The notes under the pieces: generated by a model
What the model was told of the DNA's origin: nothing
The model's database searches: none
The model's input: the letters and a program-made list of their open reading frames with translations, nothing else
Translations under genes and position numbers: made by a program
In this document: in pieces, positions 1-10,646 of the stretch
How positions within the stretch are numbered: position 1 is the stretch's first letter
Layout of the letters: each line of letters opens with the position of its first letter
Assembly: GCA_031411535.1 (NCBI GenBank)
Contig: JANOBH010000021.1
Span: 1-48,753 of the forward strand
Origin: Chthoniobacter sp.
GTDB taxonomy: Bacteria > Verrucomicrobiota > Verrucomicrobiia > Chthoniobacterales > Chthoniobacteraceae
Reading direction: 5' to 3'
Length of the DNA: 48,753 nucleotides

Positions 1-852
1 GCGGAGGAGCGCGCGGAGATTGTCGCGCACCGGTTCATCGCGGCGATTTGCAGCGTCGAGGAAGCGCGCGCCTACTCCGCGCTCGCCGGCGTGGAGCCGC
101 TCGCCGTGCACGTGAAAATCGACACCGGCATGGGCCGCGTCGGCATTTGGGAAAGCGACGCCGACGAGGCCGCGCGCGAGATTCTCGCCCTGCCGGGACT
201 GCGGATCACCGGCCTCGCCTCCCATCTGCCCGTCGCGGATGAAGACGACGCCTTCACCCGCGCGCAGCTCACGCGTTTCCACTCCACCGCCGACCGCCTC
301 CGCGCCCTCGGCATCGCGGACCCGCTCGTGCATGTCGAGAACAGCGCCGGCATCATCGGCTTCCCCGAACTGGCGGGTGACATGGTGCGCGCCGGGCTCA
401 TGCTCTACGGCAGCGCGCCGCGCGCGGAATTCCAGCCGCGGCTCCGCGCCGCGATGACTTGGAAGTCGCGCATCACCCTCCTGCGCACCGCGCCCGCCGG
501 CCACGGCATCAGCTACGGGCGCACCTTCCGGCCCGCGCAGCCCGTGCGCGTCGCCACGCTCGCCGTCGGCTACGCGGACGGCTACCAGCGCCACCTCTCC
601 GGCCGCGGCGCGCACGTCCTCATCCGTGGCCGCCGCTGCCCCGTGCTCGGCCGCGTCACCATGGACCAGATCATCGCCGACGTGACCGCGCTCCCCGACG
701 CCGCCGTCGGCGACGAGGCCGTGCTCATGGGGCGGCAGGGCGCCGAGGAAATCCTCGCCGCCGAACTCGCCGAAAAGTCCGGCACCATCGCCTGGGAGAT
801 TTTCACCGGCGTCGGCCCACGCGTGGAAAGAATCTATTTATTTGGGAAGTAG
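1..852 (+). CDS. alr: Alanine racemase (5'-truncated by window edge)
   Basis: Frame open from base 1; motifs VHVKIDTGMGRVG, ENSAG, VRAGLMLYG, GISYG (catalytic Tyr), VGYADG, GRVTMDQ. Confidence 0.95.
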   Translation, partial: AEERAEIVAHRFIAAICSVEEARAYSALAGVEPLAVHVKIDTGMGRVGIWESDADEAAREILALPGLRITGLASHLPVADEDDAFTRAQLTRFHSTADRLRALGIADPLVHVENSAGIIGFPELAGDMVRAGLMLYGSAPRAEFQPRLRAAMTWKSRITLLRTAPAGHGISYGRTFRPAQPVRVATLAVGYADGYQRHLSGRGAHVLIRGRRCPVLGRVTMDQIIADVTALPDAAVGDEAVLMGRQGAEEILAAELAEKSGTIAWEIFTGVGPRVERIYLFGK

Positions 853-928
853 GATTTAAGATTTAGGAAGTGATAGGAACACGCGCCCCCACTTCCTAAA
901 TCCTAAATCTGAAATCCTAAATTCCCCA
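841..928. repeat. Heptamer tandem repeats arranged as inverted arms (TTTAGGA / TCCTAAA)
   Basis: tttggga-agtagga-tttaaga-tttagga-agtg ... cact-tcctaaa-tcctaaa-tctgaaa-tcctaaa; AT-rich, left arm overlaps the alr stop. Confidence 0.85.
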
Positions 929-931
929 ATC

Positions 932-1297
932 GTGCTCCAGATCGTCTTCAATGAAATCAGCGCCGCCGAGATGGCCGCACTCCCCAAGCTCATGCAGCTC
1001 GACCTCCTCGCGGAATTCCAGTTTCTGCCCGACGAAATGGACAAGCTGGACACCGAGAAATTCGGCGTTGTCGAGCGCGACGGGAAGCAGCTCTTCCGCT
1101 ACCGGGCAAAGGACTACCGCATCTATTTCGCGAAGACCGGGGAGGGGATCACCGTTCACCGCGTGCTGCACAAAAATACCATCCGCGATTTCCTTTTCCG
1201 CACCAAACTGCCGATGACCGAGGACGACCAGCTCGGGCAGAAAGAGGGCTTTTGGAAGCTCATCGAGGAGGCCGAGAAAACGAGGAAGAAGCGGTGA
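932..1297 (+). CDS. RelE/ParE-superfamily protein
   Basis: 121 aa; N-terminal IVFNEISAAE strand/helix and LFRYRAKDYRIYF...ITVHRVLHK resemble RelE (YRLRxGDYRIIY...V..IGHR). Confidence 0.7.
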   Translation: MLQIVFNEISAAEMAALPKLMQLDLLAEFQFLPDEMDKLDTEKFGVVERDGKQLFRYRAKDYRIYFAKTGEGITVHRVLHKNTIRDFLFRTKLPMTEDDQLGQKEGFWKLIEEAEKTRKKR

Positions 1298-1551
1298 ACT
1301 TCCGGCTGGTGATCTGCGTCGCGATGGGCGTCTTCACGACCTATCTCGGCATCGTCATGCTGATCGCCAGCCTCCGCCGCACGCCGGAGATCGCGCTCCC
1401 GCCGAAGCCAAACTTTTCCGCGCGCGCCACGACCGTCACCGATCCCGAGACGGGTGAAAAAACCACCTACCGCGAGATCACCGTCACCACGAAATTCGCC
1501 CCCGCCCCGGCCACCCCTCCGCCGGAAACGCCGCGCCTCGCGGAGCCATGA
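1294..1551 (+). CDS. Small membrane-anchored hypothetical protein
   Basis: GTG overlaps upstream TGA (GTGA coupling); one N-terminal hydrophobic helix, Pro/Thr-rich tail. Confidence 0.6.
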   Translation: MNFRLVICVAMGVFTTYLGIVMLIASLRRTPEIALPPKPNFSARATTVTDPETGEKTTYREITVTTKFAPAPATPPPETPRLAEP

Positions 1552-1586
1552 GGATGGAAAGGGAGGGGAAGCATCCCCAAATGGCA

Positions 1587-1766
1587 GTCATCCTGAGCGG
1601 AGTTCCGTCGCGGGCCGACGCGGCGGTGGGGCGCAGTGGGGGGCGGCAGGTGGGACGGAACTCAGTCGAAGGACCCCGGCGATTGCGTGCGACGCCGCCT
1701 GTGATTCCGCGGGGTCCTTCGACTGCGCTGCGCCCGCCTTTCCGCCGCCGCTCCGCTCAGGATGAC
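1587..1766. repeat. REP-like palindromic element family A, copy 1
   Basis: Outer IR GTCATCCTGAGCGGAG...CTCCGCTCAGGATGAC, inner IR AGTCGAAGGACCCC...GGGGTCCTTCGACT; recurs at 24309 and 32475. Confidence 0.92.
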
Positions 1767-1813
1767 ACGCGATTTGGAAATGCTCCCGCCGCCGCATGCG
1801 GTGCACCGACTTT

Positions 1814-2971
1814 ATGAACACCTTCCCCGACGAAGCCCGCCGCCGCGAACTCTTCCCGATCTGCCGCGACAAGGCGTTTTTCGCGCACGCCGGCGTCACC
1901 GCACTGCCGGGCTACGTCGCCGACGCCGTGTGCGACTACACGCGCGCCTCCTCGCAGAACCACCAGGAATTCGGCGACGTGCTCCGCGACGTGAAGCAGA
2001 CGCGCCGGGTTTGCGCGGAGTTCATCGGCGCGCATGCCGACGAAATCGCCCTCCTCGGCCCCACCTCGCTCGGCCTCTCTCTCTTTGCCAACGGCCTCGA
2101 CTGGCAGCCCGGCGACGAGGTGCTGTGCTACGCCGGCGACTACCCGGCGAACGTCTATCCGTGGATCGACCTGCGCCGCCGCGGCGTCATCGTCCGCTAC
2201 CTCGAACCCGCCGCGCCCGGCGAGATTACGCCCGAGCTGGTCGCGCAGTCGCTTTCGCCACGGACGAAACTCGTCGCCCTCGCCAGCGCCCACTTTTTCA
2301 CCGGCTACCGGATCGACATCGAGGCCATCGGCGCGCTGCTCCACTCGCGCGGCATCCTTTTCTCCCTCGATGCCATCCAGACCCTCGGCGCCTTCCCGCT
2401 CGACGTGGAAAAGGCGCACGTCGATTTCCTCAGCGCGGATGCGCACAAGTGGATGCTCGGCCCGCTCGCCATCGGCATCGTCTATGTGCGCCGCGAGCGC
2501 TTCGGGCAGCTTCGCCCCACGCTGCTCGGCGCGTGGAATGTGCAGGCGCCAAACTTCATCGCGCAGGACCGCATCGAGTTCGTCCCCACCGCCCAGCGCT
2601 ACGAGCCCGGCGTGCTGAATATCGCCGGCATCCTCGGCATGCGCGCCGCGCTCGACGCCTTCCTCGCGCACGGCATGGACACCGTCGCCGCGCGCCTCAT
2701 GGAGTTGAAAGCCCACCTCGTCCGTCAGCTCGACGCGCTCGGCTTCACCATCCTCGGCCCCCGCGAAGGCGCGGCGGCCACCAGCATCACCACCTTCCGT
2801 CACGCCACTGCCAGCAGCACCGCGCTATTCACCGCTTTGGAGAAAGCGCACGTCATCGCCTCGCTCCGCTACGACCGCGAAGGCCGCGACTACCTCCGCT
2901 TCAGCCCCCACTTCTACAACACCGCGTCCGAACTCGACCACGCGCTCGCCGCGCTGAAAGCGGCCTTGTGA
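1814..2971 (+). CDS. PLP-dependent aminotransferase class V (cysteine desulfurase-like fold)
   Basis: FFAHAGV, DAIQTLG, SADAHKWML (PLP Lys), RFSPHFYN; alternative ATG at 1796. Confidence 0.88.
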   Translation: MNTFPDEARRRELFPICRDKAFFAHAGVTALPGYVADAVCDYTRASSQNHQEFGDVLRDVKQTRRVCAEFIGAHADEIALLGPTSLGLSLFANGLDWQPGDEVLCYAGDYPANVYPWIDLRRRGVIVRYLEPAAPGEITPELVAQSLSPRTKLVALASAHFFTGYRIDIEAIGALLHSRGILFSLDAIQTLGAFPLDVEKAHVDFLSADAHKWMLGPLAIGIVYVRRERFGQLRPTLLGAWNVQAPNFIAQDRIEFVPTAQRYEPGVLNIAGILGMRAALDAFLAHGMDTVAARLMELKAHLVRQLDALGFTILGPREGAAATSITTFRHATASSTALFTALEKAHVIASLRYDREGRDYLRFSPHFYNTASELDHALAALKAAL

Positions 2972-2986
2972 GCGGCCGGGCGGTCG

Positions 2987-5900
2987 CTACGGCTTTGTGA
3001 AGCGTGCGCGGAGAAACTCGCTCGTTCCCGTGCCGAAGGGATAGATCGAGCGGAACGTGTAGGTGGAGGTGCCGTCGGGGTTGTGGACTTCGCCCACATA
3101 GACCACGTCACCGGGGCTGCCGGGCCAGTTGAACAGATTCGTGGAGCGCTCGACCCAGAGCGTCACGTCGTCGGCGGCGAGATTGCGGCGGACGGCGAGG
3201 GTGAGAAAGCCGCCGTTGTTCGCGCTGGCGGGAAGCTGCGCGACGCTCGTGGCGCCCGTGGCGTATTGCAGGAAATTCGGGATGCCGTTCTGGTCATCGT
3301 CGGCGGTGGGGCTGCCGGTGAAAGCGGTCGCGTCGCTTCCGCCGGGGTTGCCATTGATGGCGGTGCTCGCGCGCCAACTGGCGGGGTTGGCGTGGTCGGG
3401 ATTAGATGTGGGCTTTATGAGGACGAGGCTGAATCCGCCGCCGTCGGGCGAGGACGGCCAGGGCGTGGAGTCGCCGTAGCTGAAGTCGCGGATGGGGGCG
3501 CCCTGCGAGTCGAGGAGGGTGATGCGGTCGCCGCTGTTGGCGAGGAAACTGGCGGGCTGGTAGGTGCCGAGGATCGTGAAACCGGAGCCGTAGCGCTGGG
3601 TGAATGCGCCCGAGTTTCCGACGACGAGCGCGCGTGCGCCGGGGGCGAGGGTGGTGTTTGGAAGCGTGAGTGCGATGCCTGCGGTGAAGACGCAATTCGC
3701 CAGCGAGATGGTGTTCGTGGCGCCGATGTTTTGCAGCTCGATGAATTCAAACGCCTCGCCGTCGGTGTAGCCTGCGCCGATTTCGCCGGGGCTCGGGTCG
3801 GCGGGGTGATACATGATCTCGGAGATGGCGAGATTGGTGGCGCTGGCGGGGACGATGGTGCCGGTGCCGGTGATGTTCACGCTGGCGGTGCCGATCTGCG
3901 CGCCGAGGGAATCGTAGGCATTGATGGTGATGGTGTTCGCGCCAGGTGCGATCGTGACGCTCGTCTGCCAGGCCGTGGTGCCGGTCCAGGTGAGGCTGAG
4001 CGGCACGCTGGAGCCGGCGAGGCGCATCTCGGCGACGTCCACCCAGGCGGTGCCGGCGATCGTTTTCACCGGGACCGGCGCGGAGCCGCTGGGGGTCGTG
4101 ATGGCGAAGGAGGTCGTCGGGATCGCCGTGTTGAGCTGGCTGAGTGCGGAGGCGCGGCGCGCGTCGATGTAGCTCATGTGCTGCGTGAGATCCTCGCTGA
4201 CGAAGGCGTTGTAGTGCGTGGCCCATGCTGAGAGGTAGCTGCTGGAAAACGTGGTCTGGCAGATGTCGTACACGTGGCTCCAGTACGTGCGCCGGTTTGA
4301 GACGCCCTGCGGCTGGGCGGTGGTGATGAGTTTGGTGAGGTCGGCGTTCGGGGTCATCGTCGAGGTGGTGCCGAGGCTGAACGAGAAATCCAAATCGTAA
4401 GGGAAGAAGACCCAGCGGCCGTCGGATGGGCGGCGGTACATGTAGAAATTGTGCTGCCCGCCGGTCGCGTAGTTATCGCCGACACCGAAGAGCGTCGCGA
4501 TGGCGTAACCGCGCAGCCATTCGCTCACGTCGATCATGGCGTTCGTATCGGTGAAATATTGCGCGTCGTTTGTCCGGCCAAACGCGGTGAGGAAAGTGAT
4601 GAGCGCGCTGTAGTCGTCGGCTTCCTCGCGGTTCGCGATCAGCCAGTGCCAGCGGTAGGCCTCCTTGTCCGTGCCGAGGCTGGAGAGGCCCACGCCGGCG
4701 ACGCCGTCGGGCTCGGGCAGTTTGAGGCTCTGCCGGTTCCCGTCAGACGTGGTCGTCGGGTAGTAGATCAGCTCGTATTTGAAAAGGCTGCCGTCGCTGC
4801 CGCTGGCGTACGCGCTGCTGAGGTATTCGCCGGTGACGATGCGCTGCCGGCCGAAGATCGCCGCGCCGGTCTGCACGGTCTGCGGGGCGATGACGCGGCA
4901 GAGGTCGTCCTCGCTGCCCGGCAGCCCGCCGGCGTGGGTGATCGCGCGCTTGATGAGGATTTCCTTTTCCGAGGACTGGTTGCCCGCGCCGCTGCGGTCG
5001 ATGACTACGGAGTCCACCGCGCCGAGCAGGAGATTCGTGGACGGGAAGCGCACGTTGAAGCTGACGCGCAGCGGCTGGTTTCGCCCGCGCTCGCTGCCGT
5101 GGAGGTGGACGCCGCAGTCGTAGTGAACGTCGCGCTCGTTCCAGATGACGGTGCAGGGCAGGCGGTCGTTGCTCATCACATTGGTGACGGTGTGCAGCGT
5201 CGTGGTGTCGGCGGCGGTCATGACGATGCGGATGTTATTTGGCTGCACGCCATTGAGCGTGAGCCGCGCCTGGCCGTCGTCCCACGGGATCATGGCGCGC
5301 GAGCTGGCGCCGAGCGGCGGGGCGAAACCCAAGGCCCCAAGCCCGTCGGCGGCCTGCACGTAGAATTGCACCTTGGCGCCTGCGGCCTGTCCGGGGACCG
5401 TCGCGGTGAAGCGGCCCGCGCCCTGGTTTGCCATCGCGATGCTGGTGAATGCGCCGCCGTTTACCGCGTAGAAAAGCGACACCGCGCCGAGGCCGTCGGG
5501 ATCGCTGGCGGTCACGCTCACGGTGGCGGGCTGGCTCGCGGCGGGCACGGCGGGCGAGTGCGTGAGTCCGGTGAAAGTCGGGCCGAGATTTGCAATGAAC
5601 GCGGAATTCGCCGAGCCGGGCGTGCCGCCGCCACTGGCGACCGGCAGCAGCGAGGTGCGGGCGATGCGGTCGAAGTAGAGCCGCGTGTTGAGCTGGTTCG
5701 AGCCGCTGACCCAGCGGGCTCGGAAGCTGACGGTGTACGAGAGACCGCTGTTGATCGTGTGCTCGACCGCGCCGGACTGGAGCATCGTCTCGGCGTGGTT
5801 GTGCATGTGCTCGCAGGAGTCCGAGGCATCGACGCGCAGCACGCTGCCGGTGCCAAAGGGATCGGTGATGCGGGTGGCGCGGCTGTGCGTGCCGAGGAAG

Positions 5901-8623
5901 CGCCAGCTCGCGGTATTGGTGCCGAAGGTGCCGTTTGCGATGAGCTGCGTGGCGCCTTGCGTCACGCTCACGTCGTCGATCATCACCGAGCCCGCGCCGA
6001 GCAGGCCGAAGACGAATTCATTCCACGCCGTCGGATCGTTGCTCACGCCGGGCGTCGCGGTCGCGGTGAAAGTGTAGGGCTGCCACGAACCGCGGTATGC
6101 CTCGCTGCTCGCCGCCCACGCCTCGGGGCGCGAGGTGTCCGCGCGCGGATCGCGCAGCTCGATGGAGGAGCCGCCGCCATTTGCCGGGATGGGCCACGGG
6201 GCGTCGTTGGCAAAGGCGACCGCACTGACCGGGTTGCCGTTCGCGTCGGTGAGCTGGAGCTGTTCGCCGCCGTTTTTGATCGAACCGGTGAAGTTGCCGA
6301 CGATCTTGCTCGCGACCGCGGGCCACTTGGCTTGCAGCGCGGCGGCGTTGTTTGAGACGACGAGATGGCCGCCCACCGGGATCGTGGTGCCCGCGGCAAA
6401 GCTGAAGCCGATGCCGCTGGAAAAACTCCAGCCGGTGAGGAGGACCGGCGCTGCGCTGCGGTTGTGGATTTCGACCCACTGCTCGGGGTCCTCGGCAAAG
6501 GACGGCGTCTGCGTGAGCGGGCGTGGGTGATACATGACCTCGTTGATGACGAGATCGGTGCTGAAGGTGAACGCATTCGCCGCGCCGAAAGTCGCGCTCG
6601 TGGGATACAGCCAGCGCCCGGGGAATTGTGTCGCGCGGCCCCGCAGGCGGTTCGTCACCTCCCGCGTGTCGAGCACCTCGATGCCGCCCGCTTTCACGAC
6701 GAAAAGTTTGTCGCCGTTCGCCGGCGTGAAGCCGAGTTGGGCGGCATTGAGCACGAGGAGCGTGCCGGAATTCAGCGTGCCCGAGAGCGCGTAGCTCGTG
6801 CCGGGCGTCGAGCTGCGAATCGTGTAGCCGGTGAGGTTGAGCGCGCTGGCGGACAGGTTTGCGAGTTCGAGCTGAAAGCCCGCGCCGCCCGCGCTGATTT
6901 CGTTCAGCACCAGCCCGGGCGTCTGGTCCGCCGGCGTCGGCGCCGTCTCGGTGAGCGTGAGCTGCGCGGCGAAAACCATGTCGGGATCGCTGGCGAAGGT
7001 GGCCGCCTGCACGGCGAGCACGTTTGTGCCGGTGACGAGCAGGCTGTTTGAAATCGGGATGTCGGCGGTGAGATTCGCCGTCGCGGTGCCGGAGGCGGGC
7101 GGGTTGTTTTGCGTATAAATCTGGGTGCCGTTCAGCCAGACCGTGCAGCCGTCCTCGACGAGCATTTTGAGCGACAGCGCCGTGCGCGACGGCACGCCGG
7201 CGAAGGTGAACGCGCGGCGGAACTGGTAGGTCGCCGCGCCCGCGAGCGCGGTGCGCAGCGTGGCGACACTGGTGACATTCAGCGGGGTGGCGGTGCCGCT
7301 GTACAGACTGCCGACCTGCGTGCCGGTGAGCGCCTTTGTCCAGATCGCCACGTCGTCGAGATTGCCGTTCCAGTACTCGTCGGTCTGTTCGCCGCCGAAG
7401 TAGAGCGACTGCGGATGGACCAGCGGGGCATTGATCGTGCGCGTCCCGGTGATCGCCCCATTGCGATAGTAGGTGAGCGTGCTGCCGGTCTTGACCAGCG
7501 CGTGGTGCATCCAGCCGCTGTTCGCCGCTATGTCCGCGTAGTCGATCCCCTGCTGGGAGCCGTTGTCGTAGAACTCCAACTGGTAAGGGGTGAATTTGAT
7601 GAATTCGAGCGGACTCCAACTGACGCCCGCACTCGGCGAGTAGCGGTTGCCTACGATGATGTTGTTGCTCGGGGCTTGCGTGGAACTGGCCCAGAAGGAC
7701 CATGTGAAATCGTTCGTGAGAGTCATCACGGGGATGATCCCACTTCCGGCATACACCTGCTGGCCGGTGCCGGTGAACTGGATCACGCTGCTGCGTGGTG
7801 CCGTATCGCTGACGATGGCGGGGCTGCCTGTGACCGTGGCCGCGACGCCGCCCGGCGCGAGGTTAGGCGTCTGCCCGCTGCTGATCGAATCCAGCGGCCA
7901 GTAGCCGAGCAGGCCGTCGCTCCCGCCGGCGAGCGCGGGTGTGCCGAAGTAGAGCGCGGACTGGCCTGAGGCCCATGCGGTGTCGTTGAAAGCAGGCTGC
8001 TCCCAGCCGGCGGTCGGCGTGCCGGTGAGGTATTTCCACACCGAATCGAGCTGCACCGGGGTGGTGACAGTCGGCGCCTGCCCGGCGACGGCAAAATTCA
8101 CGCGGCCAGGCGTCCCGCCCGCATCCGCGCTCGCCGCCCAGCTAGCGGCGTCCTCATTGGCGGATTCGCTGTTGCGCCGCGCGAGCGTGGCGCCGGAGCC
8201 GTCCGCGCCGGCGGGCCAGTCGCCGCCGTCGCTGTAGTTGACGCTGTCCATTTCACGCCCGTTGCGGTTGAGCAGCGTGAGGGTTTCGCCCGCGTTGTTC
8301 AGTGCGCCGGTCCATGGCCCGAGGGCGCCGAGGCCCGCAAGCGAGCTGGCAGCCGGCGTCGCGGCTACGATCAAATAGCCGTGGCCCGTGATTTTCGCCC
8401 CCTCTGGAAACGTGTAGTCCACCGCATTCGCCAGCCGCCAGCCGGACAGGTCGATGTCCACGCCCGAAAGGCTGTGCAGCTCGATCCACTCGGTGTCGCC
8501 CGCGGCCTGGTGATAGTGGATTTCGTTGATGATCACCGCGGCGTCTACCGCGTCCGCCCGCGCGATAAAGCCAAGGGAGACGAGGGCGCAGGCGAGGACG
8601 AGGCGGCAAAAACGGGGGGACAT
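2987..8623 (-). CDS. Secreted multidomain protein: lamin-tail domains, LamG/ConA-like domain, CotH kinase domain
   Basis: Signal peptide; repeated LTD starts (VIINEIHYH, LVLNEI, LVINEVMYHP, LAISEIMYHP...EFIEL); LamG (WMHHALV...WNGNLDDVAIW); CotH-like GDNY...HNFYMY...PYDLD; 1878 aa. Confidence 0.88.
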   Translation of the reverse strand: MSPRFCRLVLACALVSLGFIARADAVDAAVIINEIHYHQAAGDTEWIELHSLSGVDIDLSGWRLANAVDYTFPEGAKITGHGYLIVAATPAASSLAGLGALGPWTGALNNAGETLTLLNRNGREMDSVNYSDGGDWPAGADGSGATLARRNSESANEDAASWAASADAGGTPGRVNFAVAGQAPTVTTPVQLDSVWKYLTGTPTAGWEQPAFNDTAWASGQSALYFGTPALAGGSDGLLGYWPLDSISSGQTPNLAPGGVAATVTGSPAIVSDTAPRSSVIQFTGTGQQVYAGSGIIPVMTLTNDFTWSFWASSTQAPSNNIIVGNRYSPSAGVSWSPLEFIKFTPYQLEFYDNGSQQGIDYADIAANSGWMHHALVKTGSTLTYYRNGAITGTRTINAPLVHPQSLYFGGEQTDEYWNGNLDDVAIWTKALTGTQVGSLYSGTATPLNVTSVATLRTALAGAATYQFRRAFTFAGVPSRTALSLKMLVEDGCTVWLNGTQIYTQNNPPASGTATANLTADIPISNSLLVTGTNVLAVQAATFASDPDMVFAAQLTLTETAPTPADQTPGLVLNEISAGGAGFQLELANLSASALNLTGYTIRSSTPGTSYALSGTLNSGTLLVLNAAQLGFTPANGDKLFVVKAGGIEVLDTREVTNRLRGRATQFPGRWLYPTSATFGAANAFTFSTDLVINEVMYHPRPLTQTPSFAEDPEQWVEIHNRSAAPVLLTGWSFSSGIGFSFAAGTTIPVGGHLVVSNNAAALQAKWPAVASKIVGNFTGSIKNGGEQLQLTDANGNPVSAVAFANDAPWPIPANGGGSSIELRDPRADTSRPEAWAASSEAYRGSWQPYTFTATATPGVSNDPTAWNEFVFGLLGAGSVMIDDVSVTQGATQLIANGTFGTNTASWRFLGTHSRATRITDPFGTGSVLRVDASDSCEHMHNHAETMLQSGAVEHTINSGLSYTVSFRARWVSGSNQLNTRLYFDRIARTSLLPVASGGGTPGSANSAFIANLGPTFTGLTHSPAVPAASQPATVSVTASDPDGLGAVSLFYAVNGGAFTSIAMANQGAGRFTATVPGQAAGAKVQFYVQAADGLGALGFAPPLGASSRAMIPWDDGQARLTLNGVQPNNIRIVMTAADTTTLHTVTNVMSNDRLPCTVIWNERDVHYDCGVHLHGSERGRNQPLRVSFNVRFPSTNLLLGAVDSVVIDRSGAGNQSSEKEILIKRAITHAGGLPGSEDDLCRVIAPQTVQTGAAIFGRQRIVTGEYLSSAYASGSDGSLFKYELIYYPTTTSDGNRQSLKLPEPDGVAGVGLSSLGTDKEAYRWHWLIANREEADDYSALITFLTAFGRTNDAQYFTDTNAMIDVSEWLRGYAIATLFGVGDNYATGGQHNFYMYRRPSDGRWVFFPYDLDFSFSLGTTSTMTPNADLTKLITTAQPQGVSNRRTYWSHVYDICQTTFSSSYLSAWATHYNAFVSEDLTQHMSYIDARRASALSQLNTAIPTTSFAITTPSGSAPVPVKTIAGTAWVDVAEMRLAGSSVPLSLTWTGTTAWQTSVTIAPGANTITINAYDSLGAQIGTASVNITGTGTIVPASATNLAISEIMYHPADPSPGEIGAGYTDGEAFEFIELQNIGATNTISLANCVFTAGIALTLPNTTLAPGARALVVGNSGAFTQRYGSGFTILGTYQPASFLANSGDRITLLDSQGAPIRDFSYGDSTPWPSSPDGGGFSLVLIKPTSNPDHANPASWRASTAINGNPGGSDATAFTGSPTADDDQNGIPNFLQYATGATSVAQLPASANNGGFLTLAVRRNLAADDVTLWVERSTNLFNWPGSPGDVVYVGEVHNPDGTSTYTFRSIYPFGTGTSEFLRARFTKP

Positions 8624-8709
8624 GGGTGGGGCGGCCGACCATGGACGCCAGACCGCACACGGTCAACCGGTGGTCTCACCCGACGCGCGCCAGGCAGGGC
8701 ACGGAGCCC

Positions 8710-8739
8710 TTGACTCGTCACGGAATCGACACTTAGCCT
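8710..8739 (+). promoter_or_regulatory. Putative sigma70 promoter of accBC
   Basis: TTGACT-N18-TAGCCT ending 35 nt upstream of the TTG start. Confidence 0.4.
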
Positions 8740-8774
8740 GCGCCTTTCTCACCCCATTTAGCAGCCACACCACC

Positions 8775-9227
8775 TTGGACTTAAAAGAAATCAAAGAACT
8801 CATCGCCTTGATGAGGAAGAACGACCTCTCTGTCTTCAAAATGGAGAAGGAGGGCTTCAAAATCACCCTGAAAAAGGGCACGGACTTCCAGCCGGTCATC
8901 ACCACCACGGCCCCCGCCGCTCTGGTCGCCGCACCCGCGGCGGTCGCCGCGCCGGGTCCGGACGCCGCTGCCGCTCTGAAGGACGCCGCCTCCCTGCGCG
9001 AGATCGCCTCGCCGATGGTGGGCACATTTTACGGCTCGGCCTCGCCGGACTCAGGACCCTACGTCACGGTCGGGCAGGAGGTCACGGAGGACACCGTCGT
9101 CTGCATCATCGAGGCCATGAAGGTGATGAACGAGATCAAGGCCGAGGTGCGCGGGGTCATCGCCGAGGTCGTGGCGGAAAACGGGAAGCCCGTGCAGTTC
9201 GGGCAGGCGCTTTTTCGGGTGCGTTAA
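8775..9227 (+). CDS. accB: Acetyl-CoA carboxylase biotin carboxyl carrier protein
   Basis: TTG start giving MDLKEIKELI; Ala/Pro linker; SPMVGTFY and IIEAMKVMNEI biotinylation motif. Confidence 0.96.
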   Translation: MDLKEIKELIALMRKNDLSVFKMEKEGFKITLKKGTDFQPVITTTAPAALVAAPAAVAAPGPDAAAALKDAASLREIASPMVGTFYGSASPDSGPYVTVGQEVTEDTVVCIIEAMKVMNEIKAEVRGVIAEVVAENGKPVQFGQALFRVR

Positions 9228-9233
9228 GCTGCG

Positions 9234-10601
<1,368 letters not shown>

Positions 10602-10646
10602 GAAAAACCTCCCGTCATCCCGGGCGCAGGCGGCGGGTGGAAAAAT

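Noticed and set aside
1548-1899. ORFs 1548-1817 (+) and 1588-1899 (-)
   Set aside because: They are translations of the family A palindrome; similar peptides recur at the other copies
8526-8774. N-terminal extension of AccB in the ORF track
   Set aside because: Overlaps the divergent gene; AccB homology begins at TTG 8775
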